Shown piece by piece: positions 1 to 9,840 of a stretch of DNA of 64,000 bases; position 1 is the stretch's first letter; every line of letters starts with the position of its first letter. The DNA is from Alistipes sp. (GTDB lineage Bacteria > Bacteroidota > Bacteroidia > Bacteroidales > Rikenellaceae): the NCBI GenBank assembly GCA_017421945.1, contig JAFOHD010000088.1, positions 31,526-95,525 on the forward strand, in the 5' to 3' direction. The notes under the pieces are model-generated. The model worked only from the letters and a program-made list of their open reading frames with translations. It did not search any database and was not told where the DNA came from. The position numbers were made by a program, and so were the translations under genes.

Positions 1-1123
1 TTTCGGTCAGGAGAGCCTTATAGCCTGCCATAATCTTACCGTCCTGAGTCATCACCTGACCGGCAACGATATCCAAAGTAGGGCAGATGCCGAAACCACC
101 ACCTGGCTGGAAACCTGCCTGGATAAATGGGGAATCTGGCTTGCGTGCGATGTCGCTCAAACGCTCGTTAATCATCACGCTGATGTATGACTGCATGATA
201 TTAACAAGCTCTGCCATAACCAAGCTCTTATACTGCTTTGGCATAGCCTGACCCTTGTATATAATCTGCAAGCTTGACTGCTGCATCTCGGGGTCGGTGA
301 ATACGCTCACGATAGGAGTGTCGTTGTCAGGTATGACGATGACATCCTTCTTGGCTGCGTCGGCTGCTGGCGCGGGGATGTCGGCCATCAGGGTCTTAAT
401 CTTCTGCTCAACCTTATCCACGTCTATATCACCCACTACAACAACTGCCTGATAGTCGGGACGATACCACTTGTCGTAGAATGTGCGGATGTCGTCATAG
501 GTAAAGCCCTCCAAACCCTCAAGATAACCGATGAGGTTGCGCTCGGCGTAGAGTGTACCCTTACCCACAGCCTTCAACATCTCGATTGTAGAGCGCCATG
601 ATGCGCCATCACGTGTGCGCAACTCCTCCTTGATAACGCCGCGCTCCGAGTCAATCTCCTTCTCGTCGAGGGTGATGAAGTGTGACCAGTCGTGCAGAAT
701 CATAAGTGTAGAGTCCACCACGCTCTCGCGTGCCACAGGAACGTCGGTCATGTAGTACTGTGTGAGATCCCAAGATGTGAAGGCGTTGAGGTTTGCACCG
801 AACTTAACACCAATCTTCTCAAGGTACTCAATCATCGACTTGCCAGGGTAGCTCTTTGTACCGTTGAAGGCCATATGCTCAAGAAAGTGAGCAAGTCCCT
901 GCTGGTTGTCGTCCTCCTGAATGGCACCCACATCATGTACGATGTAGAAGTTAGCCATACCCTTTGGCTTTTCGTTGTGACGAATGTAATAAGTAAGACC
1001 ATTCTCGAGCTTGCCCATGCGAATCTCCTTGTCAGTTGGAATGGGCTGCGAAGGATCTATCTGAGCATTCGCTGTTGCTGCCAATGTGAACAGTGCTACA
1101 ATGGCAAAAATCATTCTCTTCAT
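1..1123 (-). CDS. M16 family (insulinase/pitrilysin-like) zinc peptidase; C-terminal part runs off the window
   Basis: Missing from the ORF track because it is truncated. Manual translation from the ATG at 1123 gives MKRMIFAIVALFTLAATANAQ (signal peptide)...GKLENGLTYYIRHN...QGLAHFLEHMAFNGT, containing the inverted zinc motif HxxEH. Confidence 0.9.
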   Translation of the reverse strand, partial: MKRMIFAIVALFTLAATANAQIDPSQPIPTDKEIRMGKLENGLTYYIRHNEKPKGMANFYIVHDVGAIQEDDNQQGLAHFLEHMAFNGTKSYPGKSMIEYLEKIGVKFGANLNAFTSWDLTQYYMTDVPVARESVVDSTLMILHDWSHFITLDEKEIDSERGVIKEELRTRDGASWRSTIEMLKAVGKGTLYAERNLIGYLEGLEGFTYDDIRTFYDKWYRPDYQAVVVVGDIDVDKVEQKIKTLMADIPAPAADAAKKDVIVIPDNDTPIVSVFTDPEMQQSSLQIIYKGQAMPKQYKSLVMAELVNIMQSYISVMINERLSDIARKPDSPFIQAGFQPGGGFGICPTLDIVAGQVMTQDGKIMAGYKALLTE

Positions 1124-1190
1124 ATACTTTTAATTTAGATGTTTATGTTTCTAACCTAACAAACCCCACTTTTTGAGGTTTTATTATACG

Positions 1191-1198
1191 CAAAGATA
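1191..1198 (-). promoter_or_regulatory. Bacteroidetes -7 promoter box (TATCTTTG) for the M16 peptidase
   Basis: Matches the TAnnTTTG consensus about 70 nt upstream of the ATG. Confidence 0.55.
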
Positions 1199-1283
1199 CA
1201 CACTTTTCAGAAAAATTGCTCTCCCACGTCAAAAAACTACCCTGTGGCTACTATATTAGTCGCACAAACCACAGAAAAACTAC

Positions 1284-1316
1284 AAAAAATGGATGTCCAA
1301 TGATTTTGGACATCCA
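1284..1316 (-). terminator. Intrinsic terminator after murA
   Basis: Stem tggatgtccaa/ttggacatcca, followed by a U-tract on the minus strand. Confidence 0.75.
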
Positions 1317-1339
1317 ATCTTATTGAAAATGTTGGTGAT

Positions 1340-2650
1340 TTACTCCTCCAATCGGGTGATTTTTGCGCCCAAAGCGTTTAGTCGGGTGTCGATGTCGCGG
1401 TAGCCGCGGTCAATCTGCTCGATATTTTGGATTGTGGATGTACCTTCGGCACTCATGGCGGCGATGAGCAACGCCACACCGGCGCGGATGTCGGGTGAGG
1501 TCATCTTTGTGGCGCGCAGACGTATACGGTGGTCATGACCGATGACTGTGGCGCGGTGAGGGTCGCAGAGGATAATCTGTGCGCCCATGTCGATGAGCTT
1601 ATCAACAAAGAAGAGGCGACTCTCGAACATCTTCTGGTGAATCAGTACCGAGCCCTTGGCCTGTGTCGCCACAACCAGGAAGATTGATAGCAGGTCGGGC
1701 GTGAGGCCTGGCCATGGTGCATCGGCAATGTTCATGATTGAGCCATCGATGAAACTCTCAATGGAGTAGTGGTCCTGCTGTGGGATGTAGATATCGTCAC
1801 CTCGCTGCTCAAACCTTATACCCATGCGGGCGAACTGTGCGGGTATGATACCCAGATTTTCGTACGACACATCCTTGATTGTGAGTTCCGACTGCGTCAT
1901 GGCAGCCATGCCTATAAAACTACCCACCTCAATCATATCGGGCAGCATGGTATGCTCTGTTCCTCCCAGCTCCTTCACTCCCTCAATAGTCAGAAGGTTT
2001 GATGCGATGCCCGAAATCTTGGCTCCCATGCGGTTGAGCATGCGGCAGAGCTGCTGGATATATGGCTCGCAGGCGGCGTTGTAGATGGTGGTCTTGCCCT
2101 CGGCAAAGACGGCAGCCATGATGATGTTGGCAGTACCCGTAACCGACGCCTCGTCAAGAAGCATATAGCAACCCTTCAGGTGCTTGCCCTCAACCGAGTA
2201 GAACTCCTCGGCCTGGTCGAAATTGAATGTTGCACCCAACTTCTGGAATCCCAAAAAGTGGGTATCCAGTCGGCGGCGGCCAATCTTGTCACCTCCGGGC
2301 TTGGGAATGTAACCCACACCAAAGCGCGCCAGCAACGGCCCAATCATCATCACCGAGCCACGCAGGCGGCGACAGCGACGGTGATAGTCGTCACTGCGCA
2401 GGTAGTCGAGGTTGATGTCCGAGGCTGTGAAGGCGTAACTGTCACCCGCAAGCTTCTCTACTTTTACGCCCATTCGCTCCAGCAGTTCGATAAGCTGGAT
2501 TATATCGAGAATTTGTGGCACATTATGCACCACCATACGCTCCTTGGTCAGAAGCGTAGCACACAGTATTTGTAAAGCCTCGTTTTTCGCACCCTGGGGA
2601 GTGACGCTGCCATGCAGACGAGTTCCTCCCTCCACCTTAAAAATTGCCAT
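1340..2650 (-). CDS. murA: UDP-N-acetylglucosamine 1-carboxyvinyltransferase
   Basis: Motifs GAKNEAL, PGGDKIGRR, EASVTGTAN, FESR and DIRAG. The likely start is MAIFKVEGG at 2650, downstream of a TACCTTTG box at 2668-2675. Confidence 0.95.
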   Translation of the reverse strand: MAIFKVEGGTRLHGSVTPQGAKNEALQILCATLLTKERMVVHNVPQILDIIQLIELLERMGVKVEKLAGDSYAFTASDINLDYLRSDDYHRRCRRLRGSVMMIGPLLARFGVGYIPKPGGDKIGRRRLDTHFLGFQKLGATFNFDQAEEFYSVEGKHLKGCYMLLDEASVTGTANIIMAAVFAEGKTTIYNAACEPYIQQLCRMLNRMGAKISGIASNLLTIEGVKELGGTEHTMLPDMIEVGSFIGMAAMTQSELTIKDVSYENLGIIPAQFARMGIRFEQRGDDIYIPQQDHYSIESFIDGSIMNIADAPWPGLTPDLLSIFLVVATQAKGSVLIHQKMFESRLFFVDKLIDMGAQIILCDPHRATVIGHDHRIRLRATKMTSPDIRAGVALLIAAMSAEGTSTIQNIEQIDRGYRDIDTRLNALGAKITRLEE

Positions 2651-2667
2651 AATAAATATATTTTTAC

Positions 2668-2745
2668 CAAAGGTAGTGAAATATCGCAAAAGGGCAAAAT
2701 ACTTTATCAAAATATTTTATTTTTCATCGAGTGTCCGTATCTTTG
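2668..2745. promoter_or_regulatory. Divergent TAnnTTTG promoter pair (murA on -, DUF1080 gene on +)
   Basis: TACCTTTG on the minus strand at 2668-2675 and TATCTTTG on the plus strand at 2738-2745. Confidence 0.6.
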
Positions 2746-2791
2746 TAGAGTGCAAAAATAGTCGCAATATTAACTTTAACCATTAGATAAG

Positions 2792-3562
2792 ATGAAGCGA
2801 GTGATTATGTTGTTGCTGGCATTGACAGTTGTGTCTGCGGTGTCGGCACAAGAGAAGAAAGAGTACCCCAAGCCCGAGGCTATGCGTCCTGCGATGACCG
2901 AGTTTTGGACCCCTCAGCCCAAGGTGGTGACTCCGGGTGATATCAAGACCAATTCGGCCCCTTCCGATGCCATTGTGCTCTTCGATGGTACCGACCTCAG
3001 TGCATGGCGCAATGCCAAGGGTGGCGAGGCCGACTGGAAGGTGCATAACGGTGTCTTTACAGTTGATAAATCGAAGGGAGACATCCTCACCAAGCAGAAC
3101 TTCGGCAGCTTCCAGCTTCATATTGAGTGGTGTGTGCCAAAGAACATCACAGGTGCAAGTCAGAGCAGAGGCAACAGCGGAGTGTTTTTGCAGGATAAGT
3201 ACGAGGTGCAGATTCTTGACAACTACAATAACGAGACCTATGCCAATGGTCAGGCAGGCAGCATCTATAAGCAGGTGATACCTTTGGCAAATGCCATGCG
3301 CAAGCCTGGCGAGTGGAATGTTTACGACATCATCTACAACGCTCCCGTGTTCAACGATAACGGTACCTACAAGGTGCATCCTACTGTTACCGTAATACAG
3401 AATGGTGTGGTGCTGATTAATAATTTTGTAATCAGGGGTACAACCGAGTATATCGGTCATCCACGTGTCGTGCCTCATGGTGACGGGCCCATCCGCTTGC
3501 AGATGCACGGCGACCCAAGTGAGCCCATCAGCTTCCGTAACATCTGGTTGAGAGAGTTGTAA
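2792..3562 (+). CDS. DUF1080 (3-keto-disaccharide hydrolase family) secreted protein
   Basis: Signal peptide, and motifs LFDG.DL..W, FQLHIEW, GNSGVF, YEVQILD, GEWN.YDI and GPIRLQ.HG...ISFRNIW typical of DUF1080. Confidence 0.85.
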   Translation: MKRVIMLLLALTVVSAVSAQEKKEYPKPEAMRPAMTEFWTPQPKVVTPGDIKTNSAPSDAIVLFDGTDLSAWRNAKGGEADWKVHNGVFTVDKSKGDILTKQNFGSFQLHIEWCVPKNITGASQSRGNSGVFLQDKYEVQILDNYNNETYANGQAGSIYKQVIPLANAMRKPGEWNVYDIIYNAPVFNDNGTYKVHPTVTVIQNGVVLINNFVIRGTTEYIGHPRVVPHGDGPIRLQMHGDPSEPISFRNIWLREL

Positions 3563-3571
3563 CAACTAAAG

Positions 3572-3600
3572 AAAAAGCCTGTCGCTGACAGGCTTTTTTT
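3572..3600. terminator. Bidirectional intrinsic terminator
   Basis: aaaaagcctgtc-gct-gacaggctttttt between convergent genes. Confidence 0.85.
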
Positions 3601-3603
3601 AAT

Positions 3604-5844
3604 CTATCTTTGTGGGGTGGAGATGGTGTGTTTCTCAAATCCGTCAATGCTGTAATCTATGGCGTAGCCATCTGGGACACTGATTGTTGCCTTCACATGT
3701 CCATCCTCGGCGTTCCACTCCACATCAACGCTATCTTCGCCTACGGGTATTGAGCCCTTGCAGTGGGTTAGGCCGCAGTTGCTAAAGCGTAGGGTGACTT
3801 TTTTCTCGGTCGGTGAAATCTCATAAACACCCAATATGTCACGATAGAGTACGCGTGCTATATGGGCAGCAAAGCCGTGGTTGCAACTTGCATGTGCGGT
3901 CATGTTCTCCCACAGGGTACCTGTCTTTTCAACCATCGGCAGATAGTAGGATTTGTTCTCGTCAAGGATTTGCCTTGAGCGGCCTGCCTGCGACAAAAGT
4001 TCCATGCGCAGGTAGTTGCCGATGAAGGCGTTGGACGGATGTATCTCCACGAATTCATTGTTGGTCTGGCGTATGGGGCCAAACTTGTCAAGCATCTTTA
4101 TCCACAACTCGGGATGGCTTTCGGGCGAAGCTGTGCCGAGGTAGAATGCGTAGTATTGACATGTCTCGGTACGGTTGCGTGTGAGTTCAAGTTTGCCACC
4201 CTTGCCACGCACGGCATTGTCAATGAAAAATTCTCCGTCGAATGCCTGCTCGTTGATGACTTTGCGAATCTGCGTAGCCTGATTCATTAGCGAGGTATCG
4301 CCGTATAGGCGGCCTGCAACCTCCAGCATCTTGGCATATAGCATGTTGGATGGGTAGTTCACATCCTGCACAAAGCTGTTAGCTGCCGACCACTCGACAA
4401 ACACCCAGCGGGTGAGTTTCTCAAGCAGGCCGTCGTCGTTGAGAAATGGTTTGAAGTAATCTATCAACTCATATACTCGCTGTTTTGCGCGGTCAATCAG
4501 TTCACGGTCGCCACTGCGGTGCAGATACTCCTCAAGTTCCAGCACAAACCACATGGCCCAGTTTGGAATGTGGTTGTGGTTGGGGTGGTCGCTGGGGTAG
4601 CACATTGGCAGCATGCCCTTGTCCAAGTGTTTGAACTCCTTGGGTAGGAGGAAATTTTCAAGAAAATTCTTTTCAATGCGGGTGTGGCCAGCGAAGTCAA
4701 ACGCTACGCGCGCAGAGAAATAGCTGTCGCAGAGCCATCCGGCACGCTCGCGCGAGGGGCAGTCCATAAATATGTCAAGGGCATTCTGACGATGAGTTTC
4801 ACGCGCAGCTTCAAACAAACGGTTCATTTCGGCATCGTTGCACTCAAATACGGCTCGCCTAACATCTGAACCGCAGTAGTCTCGCATATAGATGCGCTCA
4901 ACCTCGCAACCTCCTTTTGTTGCCATCACCTCGACATACTGCATGGTGTAGGGCTCGAACGACTCAAGGTGGTATGTGCCGGGCTCCAACTCATAGGTAA
5001 GATAAGCATAACAGCTTAATCTCGTGCCGTTTATGTGCCCATCATCGTTGAGGATTTCGTCAAAGGCAAATTGCAGGTGTGAAGGTTCGTCCACGCGAAT
5101 TGTCATGCCCAGAAAACCTGTGCTGTTGCACTTGAATTTGTATAATCCCTGCTCCATCTTCTCAGCTTCGTGAATGGTGTAGTCGGGGTAGGGTACGTGG
5201 CGTGCGAGCAGGGTCTTGGCGGGTTGCTCGGCAAGTGTTACAAGTTCCTCCGATTGCCAATCTTTGTCGGTTGTCCATGCTTCGAAGTCGGGTTTCAGAG
5301 TGTAGTGCTCGATGTGTGGACGCTGGAAACTGAACTCCCTCACATCCTGCTTACGTTGTTTGAAGTCGTAGGCCTTGAAATCGCTGCCCGTAGCTGCTAT
5401 CACTTCATTGTTCAGCTCAATTTCGGCTTGCAGGAATGAGGGCTGGTTGAGCAGGTAGTAGTTGTCGTCGTTGTATCCGGCAACCTCTATTGCGATGATG
5501 TTTTTGCCCCATCTGAGGTGTGGCTTAATGTCGTAACAGTCAATGCGGTAGTGGTCGTGTGCCGCCACACTTGGGCCATGTGCCACAAACTCGCCGTTGA
5601 TTTTCAGACGGTAGTCGCACGATGCGGTCAGACGTATGTATGCGCTGCGGGTGAAATGGCTCTTGATAGTTTCTCGAAATGAGAGTGTTAGATTGCGTTC
5701 GGTTTCGCGTCCCTCTGCCCATACGGGTTTTGCTTTTATGAAATTGTCAACTTGTGTGGTGTCAATATCTATGTTTGAACACCCGATGTTAATGAGCAGG
5801 CATGCGAGAGTTGTTGTCAGAATAGCGTAAAGGTTATGTCTCAT
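3604..5844 (-). CDS. GH78 alpha-L-rhamnosidase-like lipoprotein
   Basis: Motifs DCPSRERAGWLCD, FVEWS, GTLWE and SCNHGF, plus a Cys after the hydrophobic leader. The ATG at 5844 is preferred because a TAACTTTG box overlaps the upstream GTG. Confidence 0.75.
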   Translation of the reverse strand: MRHNLYAILTTTLACLLINIGCSNIDIDTTQVDNFIKAKPVWAEGRETERNLTLSFRETIKSHFTRSAYIRLTASCDYRLKINGEFVAHGPSVAAHDHYRIDCYDIKPHLRWGKNIIAIEVAGYNDDNYYLLNQPSFLQAEIELNNEVIAATGSDFKAYDFKQRKQDVREFSFQRPHIEHYTLKPDFEAWTTDKDWQSEELVTLAEQPAKTLLARHVPYPDYTIHEAEKMEQGLYKFKCNSTGFLGMTIRVDEPSHLQFAFDEILNDDGHINGTRLSCYAYLTYELEPGTYHLESFEPYTMQYVEVMATKGGCEVERIYMRDYCGSDVRRAVFECNDAEMNRLFEAARETHRQNALDIFMDCPSRERAGWLCDSYFSARVAFDFAGHTRIEKNFLENFLLPKEFKHLDKGMLPMCYPSDHPNHNHIPNWAMWFVLELEEYLHRSGDRELIDRAKQRVYELIDYFKPFLNDDGLLEKLTRWVFVEWSAANSFVQDVNYPSNMLYAKMLEVAGRLYGDTSLMNQATQIRKVINEQAFDGEFFIDNAVRGKGGKLELTRNRTETCQYYAFYLGTASPESHPELWIKMLDKFGPIRQTNNEFVEIHPSNAFIGNYLRMELLSQAGRSRQILDENKSYYLPMVEKTGTLWENMTAHASCNHGFAAHIARVLYRDILGVYEISPTEKKVTLRFSNCGLTHCKGSIPVGEDSVDVEWNAEDGHVKATISVPDGYAIDYSIDGFEKHTISTPQR

Positions 5845-6051
5845 GCTGTTTTGAATTAGTTGTTTCACAAAGTTAATAAATTTGACACAATATGGTGTCT
5901 CGAAAAGGGAAATATTCTGGATTATCGTTCGGTTAGAGTAAAATAGGGACTCTCGTGTGTAAAAATACCTAATGTAAGATAGGAGAAACCGACTATTTTA
6001 TGTATCTTTGTACGATTGTTATTTGCAGAGGAGCCGTTGTGCGCAAACATA

Positions 6052-6975
6052 ATGAGAAAGTTGAACGATAAGGTAGCAGGATACATTAGTGGAATGGTGT
6101 CGGGTGCCACATATGGCATGATACCGCTCTTCTCGTTGCCGGTGCTCAGCGAGGGGCTCGGTTTTGATTCTCTGCTGTTTTATCGTTATCTGCTGGCGGC
6201 CGTGGTGATGGCCATGATTCAGCTGGTGCGCCGCCGCTCACTTACGATTTCTATGCGTGATGTACCACTGGTGTTGCTGCTTGGCGGGCTGTTTGCCTTC
6301 TCGTCAGTCTTTATGTTCATGGCCTTTGACTACATGCCTACGGGTCTGGTCTCAACCATGTACTTTGTCTATCCTGTCATTACGGCAGTCATGATGTCGT
6401 TGCTTTTCAGGGAGCGGATGACGTGGGGACGAGTGTTGTCACTTGTGATGTCGCTTGTGGGTATAGGCATGCTGTATGTTTCAGATGGCAAGGAGCGTAT
6501 GAGTTTTTATGGTGTGCTATTGACCTTTGCGGCAGCGTTGGTTTATGCCCTCTATATTGTCATAACCAACAACTCAAGGATACGTACCATGCCAAGTTCA
6601 AAGCTCGCCTTCTGGTCGCTTGCCATTGGCGCGGTGATATTTTTTGTGAGGGCCGATTGTGGCATGGCATTGCAGGCGGTGCCATCGGCTCGGGCGTGGG
6701 GACTCATTCTGCTGCTGGCAATTGTGCCTACGGTGGTGTCGTGTACGGCGTTGGTTATGTCAATCAGATATGTGGGCTCCACCATCACTTCAATACTTGG
6801 TGCGAGTGAGCCTGTCACGGCGGTGCTGTGCGGAACGCTTGTCTTTGGCGAGCCTATGTCGTGGCGCATACTGATGGGCATAGTGGTGATTATTGTGGCT
6901 GTGGTAGTGCTGGTTGCAGGTGATGGATTCGTAGCGAAGATGAGAAGCAAATCAAGAACGAGAGCAATAAATTAA
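6052..6975 (+). CDS. DMT/EamA family transporter
   Basis: About 10 TM segments in two EamA repeats, with EPVTAVL.G..VFGE in the second half. TATCTTTG box at 6003-6010. Confidence 0.85.
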   Translation: MRKLNDKVAGYISGMVSGATYGMIPLFSLPVLSEGLGFDSLLFYRYLLAAVVMAMIQLVRRRSLTISMRDVPLVLLLGGLFAFSSVFMFMAFDYMPTGLVSTMYFVYPVITAVMMSLLFRERMTWGRVLSLVMSLVGIGMLYVSDGKERMSFYGVLLTFAAALVYALYIVITNNSRIRTMPSSKLAFWSLAIGAVIFFVRADCGMALQAVPSARAWGLILLLAIVPTVVSCTALVMSIRYVGSTITSILGASEPVTAVLCGTLVFGEPMSWRILMGIVVIIVAVVVLVAGDGFVAKMRSKSRTRAIN

Positions 6976-6981
6976 GATTAT

Positions 6982-8391
6982 ATGGCAAGAAAAAGACAAA
7001 ATTATCCACTCATTGAGGCTCTGGAGATTACCACTCTGGCGGCCGAAGGGAAGGCTATGGGACGCTATAACGAACAGGTGGTCTTTGTTCCTATGACCGT
7101 TCCTGGGGATGTGGTGGATGTTCAGATACGTAATAAACGCCGCCGCTTTATGGAGGGCGTGGTGGTAAACTATGTGAAGCGTTCCCCACTGCGTGAGGAG
7201 CCTTTTTGCGAGCACTTCGGTGTGTGCGGCGGTTGTAAGTGGCAGAACCTGCCCTATGCCGAGCAGTTGCGTTTCAAGACCGAGCAGGTGCGCGACCAGC
7301 TCACACGCATCGGCAAGATTGAATTGCCCGAGGTGAAACCTTGTCTTGGCTCGAAGAAGCAGCAGTTCTATCGCAATAAGTTGGAGTTTACCTTTGCCGA
7401 CAAGCGTTGGCTGACATACGAGGAGATTGCCGCAGGCGGTGATATAGAGCGTGAGCCAGCTCTGGGATTTCACATTCCCAACTGCTTCGACAAGGTGCTT
7501 AATATCGACAAATGTTATTTGCAGGCCGAGCCTTCGAACTCTATTCGTGACAGGGTGAAGCAGTTCTGTATCGAGAACGGATATTCGTTCCATAACTGCC
7601 GCGAGCATCAGGGCTTGATGCGCAATATCATCATTCGCACAGCCTCTACGGGAGAGGTTATGGTTATCGTAGTCTTTAATGAGAACGACAAGGAGCGTAT
7701 CGTGGCACTTATGGAGATGCTCAAAACCGAGTTTGAGCAGATTACGTCGCTCTTCTATGTGGTCAATACCAAGTGGAATGACTCGGTGGGTGACCTTGAG
7801 CATGTATGCTACGCTGGCAAGGACCACATCATCGAGCAGATGGAGGGTTTGCAGTTCAAGGTTGGGCCAAAGTCGTTCTATCAGACCAACTCCGAGCAGG
7901 CGTATGAGCTCTACAAGGTGGCACGCGAGGCTGCCGACTTGAAGGGTGGTGAGGTACTCTACGACCTATACACCGGCACGGGTACCATTGCCAACTTCTG
8001 CGCACGCCGCGCAAGGAAGGTGGTGGGCGTGGAGTATGTTCCCGAGGCTATTGAGGATGCCAAGGTGAACTCGGCACTCAATGGCATCGACAACACCTCG
8101 TTCTATGCGGGCGATATGAAGGATGTGCTCTCGGATGAGTTTGTCGAGCGCAATGGCCGCCCCGATGTGATAATTCTCGACCCACCACGCGCAGGCGTTG
8201 ATGAGAGGGTTATCGAGGTTATCCTGCGAGCTGCGCCCGAGCGTATAGTCTATGTGAGTTGTAACCCTGCTACGCAGGCGCGCGACCTGCAACTCATGGA
8301 TGGGCAGTATAAGGTTGTGGCAGTGCAGCCTGTCGATATGTTCCCTCACACGCACCATGTTGAGAATGTTGTGAAACTTGTTCGCCGATGA
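6982..8391 (+). CDS. rlmD: 23S rRNA (uracil-C5)-methyltransferase RlmD
   Basis: N-terminal TRAM domain, CEHFGVCGGC Fe-S motif, SFYQTN, DLYTGTGTI, DPPRAG, YVSCNPATQARD and DMFPHTHHVE. Confidence 0.93.
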   Translation: MARKRQNYPLIEALEITTLAAEGKAMGRYNEQVVFVPMTVPGDVVDVQIRNKRRRFMEGVVVNYVKRSPLREEPFCEHFGVCGGCKWQNLPYAEQLRFKTEQVRDQLTRIGKIELPEVKPCLGSKKQQFYRNKLEFTFADKRWLTYEEIAAGGDIEREPALGFHIPNCFDKVLNIDKCYLQAEPSNSIRDRVKQFCIENGYSFHNCREHQGLMRNIIIRTASTGEVMVIVVFNENDKERIVALMEMLKTEFEQITSLFYVVNTKWNDSVGDLEHVCYAGKDHIIEQMEGLQFKVGPKSFYQTNSEQAYELYKVAREAADLKGGEVLYDLYTGTGTIANFCARRARKVVGVEYVPEAIEDAKVNSALNGIDNTSFYAGDMKDVLSDEFVERNGRPDVIILDPPRAGVDERVIEVILRAAPERIVYVSCNPATQARDLQLMDGQYKVVAVQPVDMFPHTHHVENVVKLVRR

Positions 8392-8447
8392 TGCACGATT
8401 TTGGCATCTGTGACGTTTTATTATTGTAAAACTAAAACAGAGAAGAT

Positions 8448-9161
8448 ATGAAAAGGTTATTTATTGCTATGGCGACAGTCGCCATGATGGTTCTTGCATC
8501 GGTAGATGCTTCGGCTCAATATCGTGATATGATACCTACGGTGTCGGTAAATGGTTCGGCGCAGATTAAGGTTACGCCTGATGTCATTTACCTTGCCATA
8601 AAGCTTGATGAGAGCGACAGCAAGGGCAAGGTGAGTGTCGAGCAGCAGCGCAAGGATATGTTCTCGGCACTTCGGAAGTGCGGCATTGATATCGAGAAGC
8701 AACTCTCGGTGCAGGGCATGTCGAGTGAGTTCTATCGTAAGCGTGGCTCGCTGGCGGCTACACAGTATGAGTTGAAGGTGGGCTCGGCAGATGAGGCTCG
8801 AAGGGTGTTTGAGGCTCTGGATAAGGTGGGTGTGGTGAATGTAAACATCACACGTGCCACATCTTCAAAGCTCGATGAATATCGTGCCCAGGCGCGTCAG
8901 CAGGCCATGCGTGATGCACAAATGCGTGCTGCGCAGCTTGCCGAGGCTGTGGGGCAGACCATAGGAGCTTGCTATGAGATTAACGACTACACCACCAATA
9001 TCGAGGTCTCAACACGTGGCCGTCTGTTGATGAAAAATGCGGTTATGACGGATGGCGCGGCATCGGTTGAGGAGGCAGAGCCTGAAGTGGACTTTGAGCA
9101 GATAACCATCAACTACAACATCTCGACAAAATTTTATTTGAATACCGAAGTAAAGAAGTAA
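8448..9161 (+). CDS. SIMPL (DUF541/YggE) domain protein
   Basis: Signal peptide, VSVNGSAQIKVTPD, and A...A...A..LA..VG..IG helix pattern. Confidence 0.8.
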   Translation: MKRLFIAMATVAMMVLASVDASAQYRDMIPTVSVNGSAQIKVTPDVIYLAIKLDESDSKGKVSVEQQRKDMFSALRKCGIDIEKQLSVQGMSSEFYRKRGSLAATQYELKVGSADEARRVFEALDKVGVVNVNITRATSSKLDEYRAQARQQAMRDAQMRAAQLAEAVGQTIGACYEINDYTTNIEVSTRGRLLMKNAVMTDGAASVEEAEPEVDFEQITINYNISTKFYLNTEVKK

Positions 9162-9164
9162 GAT

Positions 9165-9836
9165 ATGAAGATTGCACGTTTGATATTTAATCCCATTCAG
9201 GAGAACACCTATGTTGTGTGGGATGATACTTTGCAGGCTGCCATTATAGATGCCGGTAACGCCGGTGAGAGGGAGAATGAAGTGTTGGAGAAGTTTCTCT
9301 CCGACAACGGCCTAAGGCCTGTGCTGGCTCTCAATACGCATGGCCATTTCGACCATCTGCTGGGTGTGAATTTTTTGCAGGATAGGTATGGCGTTAAGCT
9401 GGCAATGTCGTCAAAGGATGAGTTTCTGCTCAAAAACGCATCGGTGAGTGCTGAACTCTTTGGTGTGAGGGCGGGAGATATGCCCGAGGGTATAGATGTC
9501 GACCTTGAGCAGATGGAGGAGATTACGTTTGGCTCAACAACGCTGAAGGTTATCCCCGTGCCTGGTCATACGCCAGGTCATGTGGCATTCTATGAGCCAG
9601 AGTCTAAGGTGCTGTTTACGGGTGACACGCTTTTCCGTGAGAGTATTGGTCGCACAGACCTTCCGGGAGGTGACTACTCGTGGATTATGCGCTCGATAAT
9701 TGATAATTTGCTGCCTCTGGGTGACGATGTGAAGATTTATCCGGGCCATGGCGACGTGAGCGATTTGGGTCACGAGGCGATGTATAATCCTTTTGTGGTT
9801 GAGGTGCTCAACAATGAAGTGAATTATAAGAATTAA
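9165..9836 (+). CDS. MBL-fold metallo-hydrolase (glyoxalase II/YcbL-like)
   Basis: Motifs THGHFDH, PGHTPG, FTGDTLF, GRTDLPGG and PGHG. Confidence 0.88.
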   Translation: MKIARLIFNPIQENTYVVWDDTLQAAIIDAGNAGERENEVLEKFLSDNGLRPVLALNTHGHFDHLLGVNFLQDRYGVKLAMSSKDEFLLKNASVSAELFGVRAGDMPEGIDVDLEQMEEITFGSTTLKVIPVPGHTPGHVAFYEPESKVLFTGDTLFRESIGRTDLPGGDYSWIMRSIIDNLLPLGDDVKIYPGHGDVSDLGHEAMYNPFVVEVLNNEVNYKN

Positions 9837-9840
9837 ACCT

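Noticed and set aside
6952-7827. Long antisense or overlapping ORFs (e.g. 6952-7827, 2783-3565, 31214-32008, 49953-50723, 62264-63025)
   Set aside because: They are shadow frames of well-supported genes on the opposite strand and carry no recognisable motifs.
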